Positions 27,640-37,308 of a stretch of DNA of 64,000 nucleotides are shown here, in pieces. A model generated the notes under the pieces. It was not told the origin of the DNA. It made no database searches and saw only the letters and a program-made list of their open reading frames with translations. Position 1 is the stretch's first letter. Every line of letters starts with the position of its first letter. Made by a program: the position numbers and the translations under genes. The stretch covers positions 248,001 to 312,000 of the IMG/VR virus record IMGVR_UViG_3300046517_002304; one strand, 5' to 3'.

Positions 27640-28605
27640 CTAGGCGGATAGACGACGCTCAAACAATTGCATAGAATCTTCCGCTGCTCCGCAAAAGCCG
27701 TAGATAGCCTGATTCTCATCGCCCACCGCGATAATCCTGCCATTCTTGCCCGCGACCGTGAACGCCATTTCAATTCGGCACATATTCAGGTCTTGAACTT
27801 CGTCAACCAGCACGTTATCATAAGTCGGCAACGTAATCTTATTGACAATCGGAATCCAAATTTGATCGTCAAAATCAAATTCCCGCGTATTCTTGCGTGC
27901 GGCATCCAAAACCTTTGGAACCAATTCAAAAATCCGCTCTACTTCGTCGCCAATTTCAACGCTATGATATTCGCAGAGTTGCGTCAGATTTTCGGTTGTC
28001 GGTGCCAGCAATTTGTTTTTGCAGAGGGAAACCAACTTGACGACCGCATACTTGATACGGTTTTTATCGTTGTCGTCCATCCCCTCAGGGAGCATTGCAT
28101 CAACGCAATTATGCGTTTTGTATTCCTTCAATTCGGCACCCTTATAGAATGCCCGAATTGCACTCCAGCCGAAAGCATGGAACGTGCTAGTGGCCGTTCC
28201 CTCAGGCATGCGTGCTTTCAACTCTCGGGCGATTTTGTTATTAAACGCCAGAGCGATGACGCTACCAGTGAGGCGGGCGGCACCCATGACAATCGTTGTC
28301 GTCTTGCCCGTTCCCGCCAGTGCTTTGATAATCAGGTGGGAAGTCCCATTCTCCATTTCTTCCCATATCGCAATCTGCTGATCCGACCCCTTAAAGGTGG
28401 GGAGAGGAATTTTCGTAATCACCTCCTTAACATACTTGGCTTTCTGAGTATGTTTGCACTGGACTTCACCGGCGGCCTTATCAAACCCCTCAGGATTACG
28501 GGCCGACTTTTCATAGTAGCCCGGGCAACCATAAAACTTGCCGAAACTACTTTTCCGAGCAACCAGCGTTTTGTCGCACTTAGGGCAGAAATATTCGCTC
28601 ATCAT
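27640..28605 (-). CDS. UvrD/Rep-like SF1 helicase, N-terminal part with topoisomerase-type C4 zinc finger
   Basis: ALAGTGKT, STFH, VDEVQD, VGDENQAIYGF; CPKC...FYGC. Confidence 0.9.
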   Translation of the reverse strand: MMSEYFCPKCDKTLVARKSSFGKFYGCPGYYEKSARNPEGFDKAAGEVQCKHTQKAKYVKEVITKIPLPTFKGSDQQIAIWEEMENGTSHLIIKALAGTGKTTTIVMGAARLTGSVIALAFNNKIARELKARMPEGTATSTFHAFGWSAIRAFYKGAELKEYKTHNCVDAMLPEGMDDNDKNRIKYAVVKLVSLCKNKLLAPTTENLTQLCEYHSVEIGDEVERIFELVPKVLDAARKNTREFDFDDQIWIPIVNKITLPTYDNVLVDEVQDLNMCRIEMAFTVAGKNGRIIAVGDENQAIYGFCGAAEDSMQLFERRLSA

Positions 28606-28999
28606 AATCTTTCAGCAAGGGAATTCAAATCCAGTTGCCGTATTGTGGATAACTATTGCTACCCAATGGCAATTCCGTATCTCGTATCTTAGATACGGAT
28701 AACTATGGGGGAGAGGCGTTCTAACTCTACGCTTTGCCTCTCCCCCGTTTTGCGTCGGCCTCCGCACATTAGGCAGGGATAACTCCCCGACCTGTAACGT
28801 GGCATAAGCGACCCTCCGAGGTGTTACGTCGTAATGAGCGACATCCTACCGGCGTCCACTTATGCCGTGTCTGAATTTTTAGGATTGTTGTAATGCCTCT
28901 TATTCTCCTGCAAGTCAAATGAAGCGACCTCAGTCAAGAATATTTAGCTTGTAATGGTCGCATAGGCCAAGCCACAGCTTCCATAGACTTACAACAATT

Positions 29000-29233
29000 C
29001 TAGGAATTCAGCAAATCCGCAATTTCTTGATTACGGATAACTACTGGTTTCGTGATATCGATGTTGAGGGCGGCTCTTGCCCCTTCCAAGTCACCCTCTT
29101 CTAGATAAAACGTGTCGGCGGCATCAGACAAACCGATATCGACTAGCTGATTAACCAGCTCAGCAACCCGCTTCTTACTCATACGAACGGGAGCGTCAAC
29201 CTTAACCAGCAGATTCACCGTTCGTTTTTTCAT
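29000..29233 (-). CDS. Hypothetical protein
   Basis: Start region is tandemly duplicated. Confidence 0.65.
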   Translation of the reverse strand: MKKRTVNLLVKVDAPVRMSKKRVAELVNQLVDIGLSDAADTFYLEEGDLEGARAALNIDITKPVVIRNQEIADLLNS

Positions 29234-29277
29234 GGTTTTCCTGATGGAGTTCGTTTTTTCATGGTTTTCCTGATGGA
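29220..29277. repeat. Exact 29-bp tandem duplication
   Basis: GTTCGTTTTTTCATGGTTTTCCTGATGGA x2. Confidence 0.9.
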
Positions 29278-29546
29278 TCAGGGATAACTAAGAGAGATGC
29301 CCTATTCGCTTGCTACGTCTTCGGGCTACGATTTTTACTGAAGAGTTCTGCTCTTCGCGGCAAGATTCGTCGGATACGCCTATCTCTCGAGGAACAATGG
29401 ATAACTAATTTGTTCTAGCCGTTATTCAGATTCCCGATTTTCACCGAAAGCCCGCTGATCGGGCGAGCCAAATCCTAGAGCTGGAGGCTTTCGCCCCACG
29501 GTCTCCTAACGACCAGAACGAATTAGTTAAATGAATAGGGATAACT

Positions 29547-29584
29547 AAAAATTGCCGGGGAGGGTCTTGGCAACCCTCCCCGGC
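29547..29584 (-). terminator. Intrinsic terminator
   Basis: GCCGGGGAGGG/CCCTCCCCGGC stem plus T-tract on -. Confidence 0.7.
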
Positions 29585-29601
29585 GCGCCAAGCGAAAGCC
29601 T

Positions 29602-29901
29602 TTAGACAGGTTCGCGGGACAGGTAATCGTTGTCGTCGCTGTCGTCGCGGAATTCACCGTCGCCAGAGTCATGCACGACCCCTTCACGCAATTTCTTGCC
29701 GTTTGCGATGAAGTTACGGGCCTCCTTTGCCGAATTCTTGAGGGCGTAGCCGCATGCACGGATGCCCTTATTTTCGGCGGTTTCAACGGGGTTCGCAGCG
29801 AAAATCAACTCCGACAACGCATCGGCTGAGGCCGCATCGTAGCAGGCGTTAATCATACCCTGAAAAGCAACTGCATTGAAAATGAACTTACGACTCATCA
29901 T
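29602..29901 (-). CDS. Hypothetical protein
   Basis: SD ACAGGAG. Confidence 0.75.
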   Translation of the reverse strand: MMSRKFIFNAVAFQGMINACYDAASADALSELIFAANPVETAENKGIRACGYALKNSAKEARNFIANGKKLREGVVHDSGDGEFRDDSDDNDYLSREPV

Positions 29902-30489
29902 GTCTCCTGTTTGGGTAAAAGAAACTTACAATTGTTAAGGGATAACTAGGAGATAACCTCTCGGCAAGTTTCCCACGATTCCTCGCTCATTCCGATATCT
30001 GGTTCCGTTTCATCGTCAACCAGACAGTCCCCGATATTGAGGACATCAACGGCAATCTGCCTATGTTCGCAGAAATCAAGTATTGCCGATGCCGCACCAC
30101 GCGAAAGTTTTCGGTATTTCATTAAGTCCTTTCAAGAATGACCGAAAGTGTATGGATAACTAACGTTGCCCGCCTTGTTTAGCTATTGCCCAATGAATAC
30201 ACCTGCTGTAAGCGTCTTCCCCACCGTTCTCCGAATGAATTGCTACCCAAAGCAGCAACCCTTTCTCCTGAACAGTAGTAAGTTGCAACTCAGGCGAATA
30301 CGTCACCTTGAGTTCCCCCACCATTATTTCTTTCACAATGTCCTCAGGTATGCACGAAACAGGCTAATCGCTTCCCGGCGAGTGTAGCCGATGTATGACA
30401 TTCTCACCAGGTACCCACCGTGAATCGTGGATATCTTCCAGTGGCCGTTATGGTAGGATCGTTCAACTGTCATGATTCCTCACGGATAA

Positions 30490-30702
30490 CTAAATTAAGT
30501 CCCGTTGTGCTTTGCACAGCATGGAATGAAGATCGGGAGCAACGAGTGACTTGGTATTCTCCATATAATACTCGATAGAATTGAACAAGCAAAGTAGCTT
30601 GCCACGGGTGATAACCAACTCAACTTTCACAAGCTGATTGTCATCAACGTATTTCATCTTAACTGACTCTTGCACGAAAACCTCCACAAAAATTGATTGC
30701 AC
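30490..30702 (-). CDS. Hypothetical protein
   Basis: Octamer-bounded ORF. Confidence 0.55.
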   Translation of the reverse strand: MQSIFVEVFVQESVKMKYVDDNQLVKVELVITRGKLLCLFNSIEYYMENTKSLVAPDLHSMLCKAQRDLI

Positions 30703-30962
30703 GGAAGTTGCACGGATAACTAATACATCAACCAGAGGGCCAATGCACCAAGCATCACACCTAAGCTAATCCCGATGAACATAATCATGCTACGGCTTTC
30801 TCGGTGAGGGCGACGTACCCGTTGTCTTTGCGTTCAACGATACCTTGATTTTCAAGGATATCAAGAATGCGCTTTTCGGCCGGCATTAGGTCATCATGAT
30901 GAATGCCGATCAACTGTTTGGCGATAGCAACAAGTGCTTTTTTCATAGTGACCTATGGATAA

Positions 30963-31196
30963 CTAGTTTTCGTCGGCGTCCATAAAATCATCTTCAACTT
31001 CGTCGTCGTTATCGCTTTCTGGGTCATCGTCCCTATCGTCCAGATCTTCTTCGTCACCCCCATGCTCATCCCAGAGGTCATGAGCATAAGTCTCAATCTC
31101 TGACATAACAGATTCAAAGTCACTATGACCAGTTGTCTTGCCGATATCATCAAAGACTCGGCTGATACGTTCAAGTTGTGCGGGGGTGAATTTCAT
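30963..31196 (-). CDS. Small protein with very acidic C-terminus
   Basis: ATG 10 nt after octamer; stop in octamer. Confidence 0.7.
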   Translation of the reverse strand: MKFTPAQLERISRVFDDIGKTTGHSDFESVMSEIETYAHDLWDEHGGDEEDLDDRDDDPESDNDDEVEDDFMDADEN

Positions 31197-31198
31197 AA

Positions 31199-31501
31199 TT
31201 ATGAAGGGATAACTCTAATCTTGAGGAATTCTTCAGGTGGATTGACGCTGGTGTTCGTAAATACGATTGCTTCACCTACCTGTTTGGCTTCTTTGCCTTT
31301 CCAGATAAGATCAATCGTTTCACCGACCGTAGGTCCGTCAAGAAATTCGGACTCCATATACTGAGAAGTCTGCCTCTTTACTTGGCGACTGGTAAACTGC
31401 ATGCCGGGCCGACAATGAACGGCATTACGCCCAATGAACTCGGCAGCAAACTTAGTGCCAACTGGCAGACGACGTTTGACATCGGCGATAGAAATTTTCA
31501 T
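31199..31501 (-). CDS. Hypothetical protein
   Basis: ATG 10 nt after octamer. Confidence 0.75.
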   Translation of the reverse strand: MKISIADVKRRLPVGTKFAAEFIGRNAVHCRPGMQFTSRQVKRQTSQYMESEFLDGPTVGETIDLIWKGKEAKQVGEAIVFTNTSVNPPEEFLKIRVIPS

Positions 31502-31676
31502 ATTTACCTATGGATAACTAGGAATTTTTGGGGCAGCATCACTAGCTTAGTGGATGAATTGGATAGTATCTATTACAGAATATCGGGAAGAATCCGCTCC
31601 GGGACAAGTCAAATCATTTCGGCGAAAAACTGCACAAATATAATTTGCACAAAATCAGGGAATAACAGTTACCAGC

Positions 31677-31874
31677 CTACATTGTCCTATCTAATCCAGT
31701 GGGAACAACAGGCTTAGTCTGCAAATCTTCCAGCCAAGCCGTAAGACCACGAAACAATCTGATGAAGACAACCGCTACAATCACCGTCCCGACACCGTAA
31801 GTAAGGGGCGATACTTTAAGATTGTCCTGAGCAATGAAGATCAGCCAAACCCACATCATTTCTCGCATCATCAT
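31677..31874 (-). CDS. Small membrane protein
   Basis: Hydrophobic segment; ATG 10 nt after octamer. Confidence 0.6.
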   Translation of the reverse strand: MMMREMMWVWLIFIAQDNLKVSPLTYGVGTVIVAVVFIRLFRGLTAWLEDLQTKPVVPTGLDRTM

Positions 31875-31890
31875 GATTTCCTACGGATAA

Positions 31891-32064
31891 CTAATCAATC
31901 TTTACGTCGGAAACGTCAACAGGACGAATACCTAGCACACGTAGATGGCCGTCTTTCCACAAGCAATGATCGGTAAGAGCATTGTCAACGGCATCAACAA
32001 TATCCCCTGCTGTAGTCACTTCAGTATTGTAATCAATTGATACGGTGAGAGTGACTGTAGCCAT
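31891..32064 (-). CDS. VEYDD-family small protein
   Basis: MATVTLTVSIDYNTEVT; stop in octamer. Confidence 0.6.
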   Translation of the reverse strand: MATVTLTVSIDYNTEVTTAGDIVDAVDNALTDHCLWKDGHLRVLGIRPVDVSDVKID

Positions 32065-32294
32065 TAAGCCGCTTCCATTTCATCCTGGCGGGAGGGTTTA
32101 ACTTTGTGAACTTTCTTAGGCTTGCTCGCCGTAGCTTTGGAGAAATCGGGGTAGCCCAAACAGTAATTGAGGCTGTCTCCACTGACGATTTCGTTGATAA
32201 TCAAGTTATCAAGAGCCTCAGCCAATGCTCTCGGATGAGTCTCTACGTCGTCATACTCAACTCGGACACTGATAATTGTTGATCGCTTTGCCAT
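32064..32294 (-). CDS. VEYDD-family small protein
   Basis: SVRVEYDDVET...EAL. Confidence 0.7.
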   Translation of the reverse strand: MAKRSTIISVRVEYDDVETHPRALAEALDNLIINEIVSGDSLNYCLGYPDFSKATASKPKKVHKVKPSRQDEMEAA

Positions 32295-32645
32295 GATTCC
32301 CTTCCTTATGGATAACTAGACCTCTTCCAAGCAACCTTCCAAAATCGCAGCCAATACACCGATCACAATGCACGCGGTAACGTAGGCGTTAGTATTATCT
32401 CCAAACATTAGATAACATACACCGTCAGCCGCCAGCAGGAAGCTGATTGCAATGATGAAGGGGAATGGCTTTTTCATAACTACCTATGGATAACTAAGAA
32501 TTTTTCTCAATAAGATACATTCCAATCCCCGATACGACAACGCCAACTGCCGCACCAACATACCAGCCAATCGGTGCGTTAATGTATGCACCAAGGCCAG
32601 CAACTATGAATCCAGCAGCAACAGAGATAAGCAGGACTTCTTTCA

Positions 32646-32921
32646 TCATGATGTTTTGTACCAGAATTGGAATGAATCGTCGTAGTAGTGCGGTTCAGCG
32701 TGAAAACAAGTATAATACTCGGTAACTCCAAGCAAGGCGACTGCTTCACGAATTGCCTTTGTATAAGTCTGACGCTTCTGGCTTAACCAGATGCACATAG
32801 AGTCCATCTTGAAGTTTTCAAAGACTCTTAGTGTGTCAATCTGGCGACCGAAAGGCAGGGCGTTAAACTGTTTCTCGGGGAAGACGCCTTTAATTTTATA
32901 CTTGCGTGTATAGGTGGGCAT
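32646..32921 (-). CDS. Hypothetical protein
   Basis: AAGGA SD. Confidence 0.7.
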   Translation of the reverse strand: MPTYTRKYKIKGVFPEKQFNALPFGRQIDTLRVFENFKMDSMCIWLSQKRQTYTKAIREAVALLGVTEYYTCFHAEPHYYDDSFQFWYKTS

Positions 32922-32958
32922 AAGTTTCCTTTAAGTGAGGATATAAGAGGATGGATAA

Positions 32959-33177
32959 CTACTCAATCTCATTGCCGTCGCAATCATATAATTCATCTTC
33001 GCTGTAATGAATTACGTGAATTGCATTGTGTCCCGTATGCTCCTGAAAGGCTTTGTAATACCCTAGTCGCTTACAGTGCTCATGGTTGACCAATACGAAT
33101 GTCCCTACGTCGCTATAATTACCACCGTAGTAGGTGAGGTCATATTCAAATCGGACAAATTTTGTGCGTTTGGGCAT
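32959..33177 (-). CDS. Hypothetical protein
   Basis: Stop in octamer. Confidence 0.65.
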   Translation of the reverse strand: MPKRTKFVRFEYDLTYYGGNYSDVGTFVLVNHEHCKRLGYYKAFQEHTGHNAIHVIHYSEDELYDCDGNEIE

Positions 33178-33761
33178 TGCTCTGAATCCCTTTTATGCTC
33201 TCGGGAGGCTCTAAAATCGCATTTGCCGTAAGTCGTTGCAGTGGAACCCCTTAGAGTTCCTGAAAACAATTCGCCGTAAGTCGTTGCTATGAAAGGAGTT
33301 AGGATGGGTGCCAAGCCCCACTCAAATCAAACCCTACCGCATTGGCGTCTTTTCCCTGATTTCGGGGATTTTTACCGCACTTCTTTTATGTCGGTGGCAG
33401 TTTAACGGGTCATGCCCCAGGATCACACTCGCACTCTGATTTATTTCATACTACGGATAACTACTTTCCCCGACTGGCCTGCCATGCCAAGAATAGTAAG
33501 CCGCAAGGATTAACTACAACCGCGATGAACATAGAAATCATTTGCATGTTTTAACTCTTCTCCGTTTCCGAGGACGCCCAATTCCCCCCATTTTCCCCCA
33601 CCGATCCCCACCGATCATTCTATAATTAATCAAAACACTTGAAATATCTATAATTCAGGGGAGTTTGCTCTGGTGGGCAGCTACTCTGCATCGGCCAGTT
33701 TGGCGTTCCCCGAACTATAGATTTAATTTGATAACTCTGAATTATTCCTAATTATGGATAA

Positions 33762-34010
33762 CTACCGCATTTCCTGCGGGTGTTCCCCTTGACGATACGG
33801 CGGAATCCTATAATGCGATTTGAAATTACTCGGCCACTTTTTCGCAATGGACTCCTCAATCATCCTGCAAACAATTTCCGCTTGTCCGCTTGGTTGCTGC
33901 GACTGCAATGCCTTCAGCACTAAAAGAGAGTTTCGCCGCGAAAGAGTCAGTTTCAATTTAAGAAACTTCTTTTTCGCCTTATGCTTGACCGTGACCGATT
34001 CAGTTTTCAT
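33762..34010 (-). CDS. Hypothetical protein
   Basis: Coupled; stop in octamer. Confidence 0.65.
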   Translation of the reverse strand: MKTESVTVKHKAKKKFLKLKLTLSRRNSLLVLKALQSQQPSGQAEIVCRMIEESIAKKWPSNFKSHYRIPPYRQGEHPQEMR

Positions 34011-34210
34011 TACCAGTCCCTTCCTTCGCTTTCGTCTTCCCGCAACGCATTTTCAAAACGGTTGACTGCTTCAGCAGAGAAATCCCCATTAAGAATCGCC
34101 TGTTTGGATTCATACAACTCCCACTGGAGAATACTACACCAATAATGCTGCTTTGATCCTTGAACCGTAAAGCAAACCGCAGTCTTCGTTCTTTTGATTT
34201 CGGTTTTCAT
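34010..34210 (-). CDS. Hypothetical protein
   Basis: ATG 10 nt after octamer. Confidence 0.65.
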   Translation of the reverse strand: MKTEIKRTKTAVCFTVQGSKQHYWCSILQWELYESKQAILNGDFSAEAVNRFENALREDESEGRDW

Positions 34211-34215
34211 AATGT

Positions 34216-34470
34216 CTAATGGATAACTAACTGTTCCGCCGCAGAATTCGTTTTGAAATCTGCCAGACAGATGTTCGTAATGCCACAACTATCAAGAATG
34301 ATAGTTTTCTTAGGCAAGTATAATATAAACTTTGCTGGAAGCGGTTGCTTGCGGTTCCAATCCTCTACCTTGCTTCTGGCAAAGGCTACATTGGTATCAG
34401 CGACCTGAATAAGCGTTGTCGGCCAACCATCATATCTAACAACAAAATGGTAAAGATTCATGAGTTGCAT
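34216..34470 (-). CDS. Hypothetical protein, paralog of 36369-36587
   Basis: LYHF...IQV...AFARS...YLP. Confidence 0.65.
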   Translation of the reverse strand: MQLMNLYHFVVRYDGWPTTLIQVADTNVAFARSKVEDWNRKQPLPAKFILYLPKKTIILDSCGITNICLADFKTNSAAEQLVIH

Positions 34471-34510
34471 TCTTAAATCCTCAAAAACACTTCGTTTCTA
34501 ACAGGGATAA

Positions 34511-34828
34511 CTATCTCAACAAATTTTGCGGGAGGTCCAGCTCAAACTCAACAGGACAAACCCACAAAAGCCGATCATTAAGAGTATTCTGACCTAGCGG
34601 CATCCTGTCAAACGTATACATAAATATAAACAATTCGTGCGGGATATCCCCTCGCCAGACCTTTTTGCCCCACAGAGATTTTTGAGAAATAGTAAAACGC
34701 TCACGAAAGACTTCGGCACGAAACTTGGGATTAAGAACCGCGTTGATTGCAGCAGCACCAGGGCAGGCCGCACAATTTCCCTGCATTCCATTTTTGATAT
34801 GCTCTTCTGTGATTTTAACTAATGTCAT
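34511..34828 (-). CDS. CPxAxAI/FD/F.LD.P family protein
   Basis: ITEEHIKNG...CAACP. Confidence 0.75.
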   Translation of the reverse strand: MTLVKITEEHIKNGMQGNCAACPGAAAINAVLNPKFRAEVFRERFTISQKSLWGKKVWRGDIPHELFIFMYTFDRMPLGQNTLNDRLLWVCPVEFELDLPQNLLR

Positions 34829-34837
34829 AGGGATAAC

Positions 34838-35104
34838 TTACTTCCTCTGATCTACAAGGGTTTCCCAATGGACAGCAATCCACGTTTCATCCAAGTCTTC
34901 GGGCAACTCAATACGCTTGACCTCTGCCGTCGTCAGTTCCAGCACGACCTCAAGGGAAGCAAGATTATACTCCACCGTGAAACCATTGGCGGCAGGAAGG
35001 ATATTCTTGATATCTTCGGCGGCCACCTTATCGGTGCAACTATCCTTGATCCACATAAAGCCATGTTGTTTGAGCAACTGTCTGAGCGTGCCGTCAACTT
35101 TCAT
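34838..35104 (-). CDS. Hypothetical protein
   Basis: Stop in octamer. Confidence 0.7.
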   Translation of the reverse strand: MKVDGTLRQLLKQHGFMWIKDSCTDKVAAEDIKNILPAANGFTVEYNLASLEVVLELTTAEVKRIELPEDLDETWIAVHWETLVDQRK

Positions 35105-35290
35105 CTTATGGTCCCTCCAGTAAATCCATTTGAAACTGCCAGTCTGTGCTTTCGTCGTCCGTCAATGCTTTGAATTCAGGATGAACTTCAACGATATGCT
35201 CCTCAATATAATAAGAAACTGCATCCTCAAATATCTGCTTCACCACTTCTGGCGGGAGGTTTGCGATTCTTGCTTTGACGATGAAATTCA

Positions 35291-35518
35291 TTACTGTTTT
35301 TCCGCCTCTTCCATCCAGCCGTTCAGCCACCTTGCACCATCTCTACTACCAATGTAAGGATTTGCATTGGCGGGAACGCCTGCCCTTTTAGCTTGCTTGC
35401 CAGATTCAACGATGGATGCAAGGTAGGCATCACGACCTTTAGATGCTTCCTTCACCATGAAACACATCCCCCATATCACGGCGATGACCACAGCTAGAAT
35501 TGCAAAGTATTTTTTCAT
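35291..35518 (-). CDS. Membrane-anchored Rmf-like protein
   Basis: TM + GKQAKRAG...NPY...WLNGW. Confidence 0.6.
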   Translation of the reverse strand: MKKYFAILAVVIAVIWGMCFMVKEASKGRDAYLASIVESGKQAKRAGVPANANPYIGSRDGARWLNGWMEEAEKQ

Positions 35519-35534
35519 GATTGATTAGGGATAA

Positions 35535-35831
35535 CTAGGCGAGATACTTTTTGGGAATGTCCATCGTGAAGCGGAAAGGTTTCGCCAAACCATTGTCATA
35601 GTCAAAGTTCCAAATGAAATCCTTAACCTTACGCGGAAGCGGCATATTTGCCAGCTCAACCGTGAATGGTTGCGGGTATCGTTTACAAATCATCAAAATG
35701 CCAAACGCGGCCTTTGCCATTAAAGACGATTTGAGTCTGGCATTGATTGCCCGAGCGACGGGACATTTCCTACAATCCTTCAAAATGCCAGCGTCAATAC
35801 GCTTCTGGGTGACGTAGAATTGAATTTTCAT
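35535..35831 (-). CDS. CPxAxAI/FD/F.LD.P family protein
   Basis: VTQKRIDAG...CRKCPVARAI...PFRFTMDIP. Confidence 0.75.
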   Translation of the reverse strand: MKIQFYVTQKRIDAGILKDCRKCPVARAINARLKSSLMAKAAFGILMICKRYPQPFTVELANMPLPRKVKDFIWNFDYDNGLAKPFRFTMDIPKKYLA

Positions 35832-35832
35832 A

Positions 35833-36018
35833 TCAGCCTGCATCCACTGGTTTCGTTGGTTCAACAACCGTTGGAATCCCGAACAACGTAGACTCCAGTC
35901 CCTTGACTAACGGCGGGAGGGCTTCAAATACATCTTGGAGCGCCTCACGAATGATAAAATGATTCGTTACTTCATCATCGTATTCCACGTACATCGTGAC
36001 TTTGGCGGATTTTTTCAT
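35833..36018 (-). CDS. VEYDD-family small protein
   Basis: VTMYVEYDDEVT...EAL. Confidence 0.65.
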   Translation of the reverse strand: MKKSAKVTMYVEYDDEVTNHFIIREALQDVFEALPPLVKGLESTLFGIPTVVEPTKPVDAG

Positions 36019-36368
36019 GGTTTCTCAAAAGATAAGAGAACATTTTCACCAATGGGAAACTCTTGCTTAAATTCTAATCCTTGAGTCTTCATAACAGTAA
36101 TAACACCTTCCTTATCTTCAGGACGGCAGACGACTCCCAGCGAAGTCACATTGAATTTTCTACAGTTGATAATCATGGTTGATTACGGATAACTAACGAA
36201 ACATATCATGCCAGAATTTGCGATGGGCCGCATTGTTTTCATACTCCACACTGCCGGGGCGGGGAGTTGCCCATCCACCATAGCCGATATTATTAATACC
36301 AGCGACGTAGAAAGAAACGCCAGTCAGAACGATGAGCAATGCCAGAAGCCAGATATCCCAGTATTTTT

Positions 36369-36587
36369 TCATAGCGGTTTCTTGTTTGGGTAAATGTGAA
36401 CAACCTTACTGTCGTCCAGCGACGTAGTAAACTCAGGCAGATAATTCATAACATATTCTGCCTGAGGGTAATTCTGCCCAACCCATTTCGTTGCATCACT
36501 GCGGGCAAAGGCAGCACAAGTGCCGGTGACCTGAATAATCATCGGCTCTTCGCCTTTGATTCGGATATCAAAATGATAAAGACTCAT
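36369..36587 (-). CDS. Hypothetical protein, paralog of 34216-34470
   Basis: Shared motifs. Confidence 0.7.
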   Translation of the reverse strand: MSLYHFDIRIKGEEPMIIQVTGTCAAFARSDATKWVGQNYPQAEYVMNYLPEFTTSLDDSKVVHIYPNKKPL

Positions 36588-36811
36588 GGTTCATATCTCG
36601 GATATCCATGATAGGAAGGCATATTGACATGCACTAGACCCAAACCAGTGCCAGGTTCCGTCTGACTTGGATCAAGATCAATTTTGAGAATTTCCTGATA
36701 CTCCAACTCCGAACCGTCAAGACACAGATACAATACCGCGTTACCCTTCAGCGGGTTAGACTTAGCCATCTTTTGGAGGCTCTTGATTGCGTCGTTGATT
36801 GTCATAGACAT
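36584..36811 (-). CDS. Hypothetical protein
   Basis: Follows octamer; coupled. Confidence 0.65.
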   Translation of the reverse strand: MSMTINDAIKSLQKMAKSNPLKGNAVLYLCLDGSELEYQEILKIDLDPSQTEPGTGLGLVHVNMPSYHGYPRYEP

Positions 36812-36820
36812 AGGGATAAC

Positions 36821-37117
36821 TTAGGCAGCACCTTTCAATGCAATTTTGGGAATGTTCAGTGTAAAACAGAACGGCTTGACTGTTCTGCCATTATCAAATG
36901 CCTTGATAAATTTCTTCACACTTGTCGGCATCTTTAAGCGGCGAAAGACTCCTCTTGTCTTAGTAAAATTATAAATTTCAATACTGCCAGCGATTACATG
37001 AGCGTAATAAGGCCACGCCAGCCTCGCATTAATCACCAAAGCGGCGGGACAAAGCATACAATCACTAGCAATTCCATGTTGGATTTGCTCCTGCATTACT
37101 ACGAATCGTGTTTTCAT
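36821..37117 (-). CDS. CPxAxAI/FD/F.LD.P family protein
   Basis: CMLCPAALVI...FD...PFCFTLNIP. Confidence 0.75.
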   Translation of the reverse strand: MKTRFVVMQEQIQHGIASDCMLCPAALVINARLAWPYYAHVIAGSIEIYNFTKTRGVFRRLKMPTSVKKFIKAFDNGRTVKPFCFTLNIPKIALKGAA

Positions 37118-37308
37118 AATTACATCCTCAACAGCCAGATACGGGAGTGGCGCGGTTGTTCTTTCTCCCACAAAAGAATAGCACAACAGGCAAGAAACGC
37201 AACTATTGCCCACACTATCATCTCCCCCTCATTAGAGGAAGATTTGAGAATGATAGAGAACGCTTTCAGGCAGATAGCAATAAGAGCGATTTTAATTTTC
37301 ATGGATAA

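Noticed and set aside
27591-27642. Matched-codon ribosomal hop (TCC GCC to TCC GCA) across the helicase gap
   Set aside because: Landing at GCA is in frame with the second ORF but meets TAA after two codons.
27667-28692. 341-aa + strand ORF
   Set aside because: Antisense shadow of the helicase gene with no recognisable motifs.
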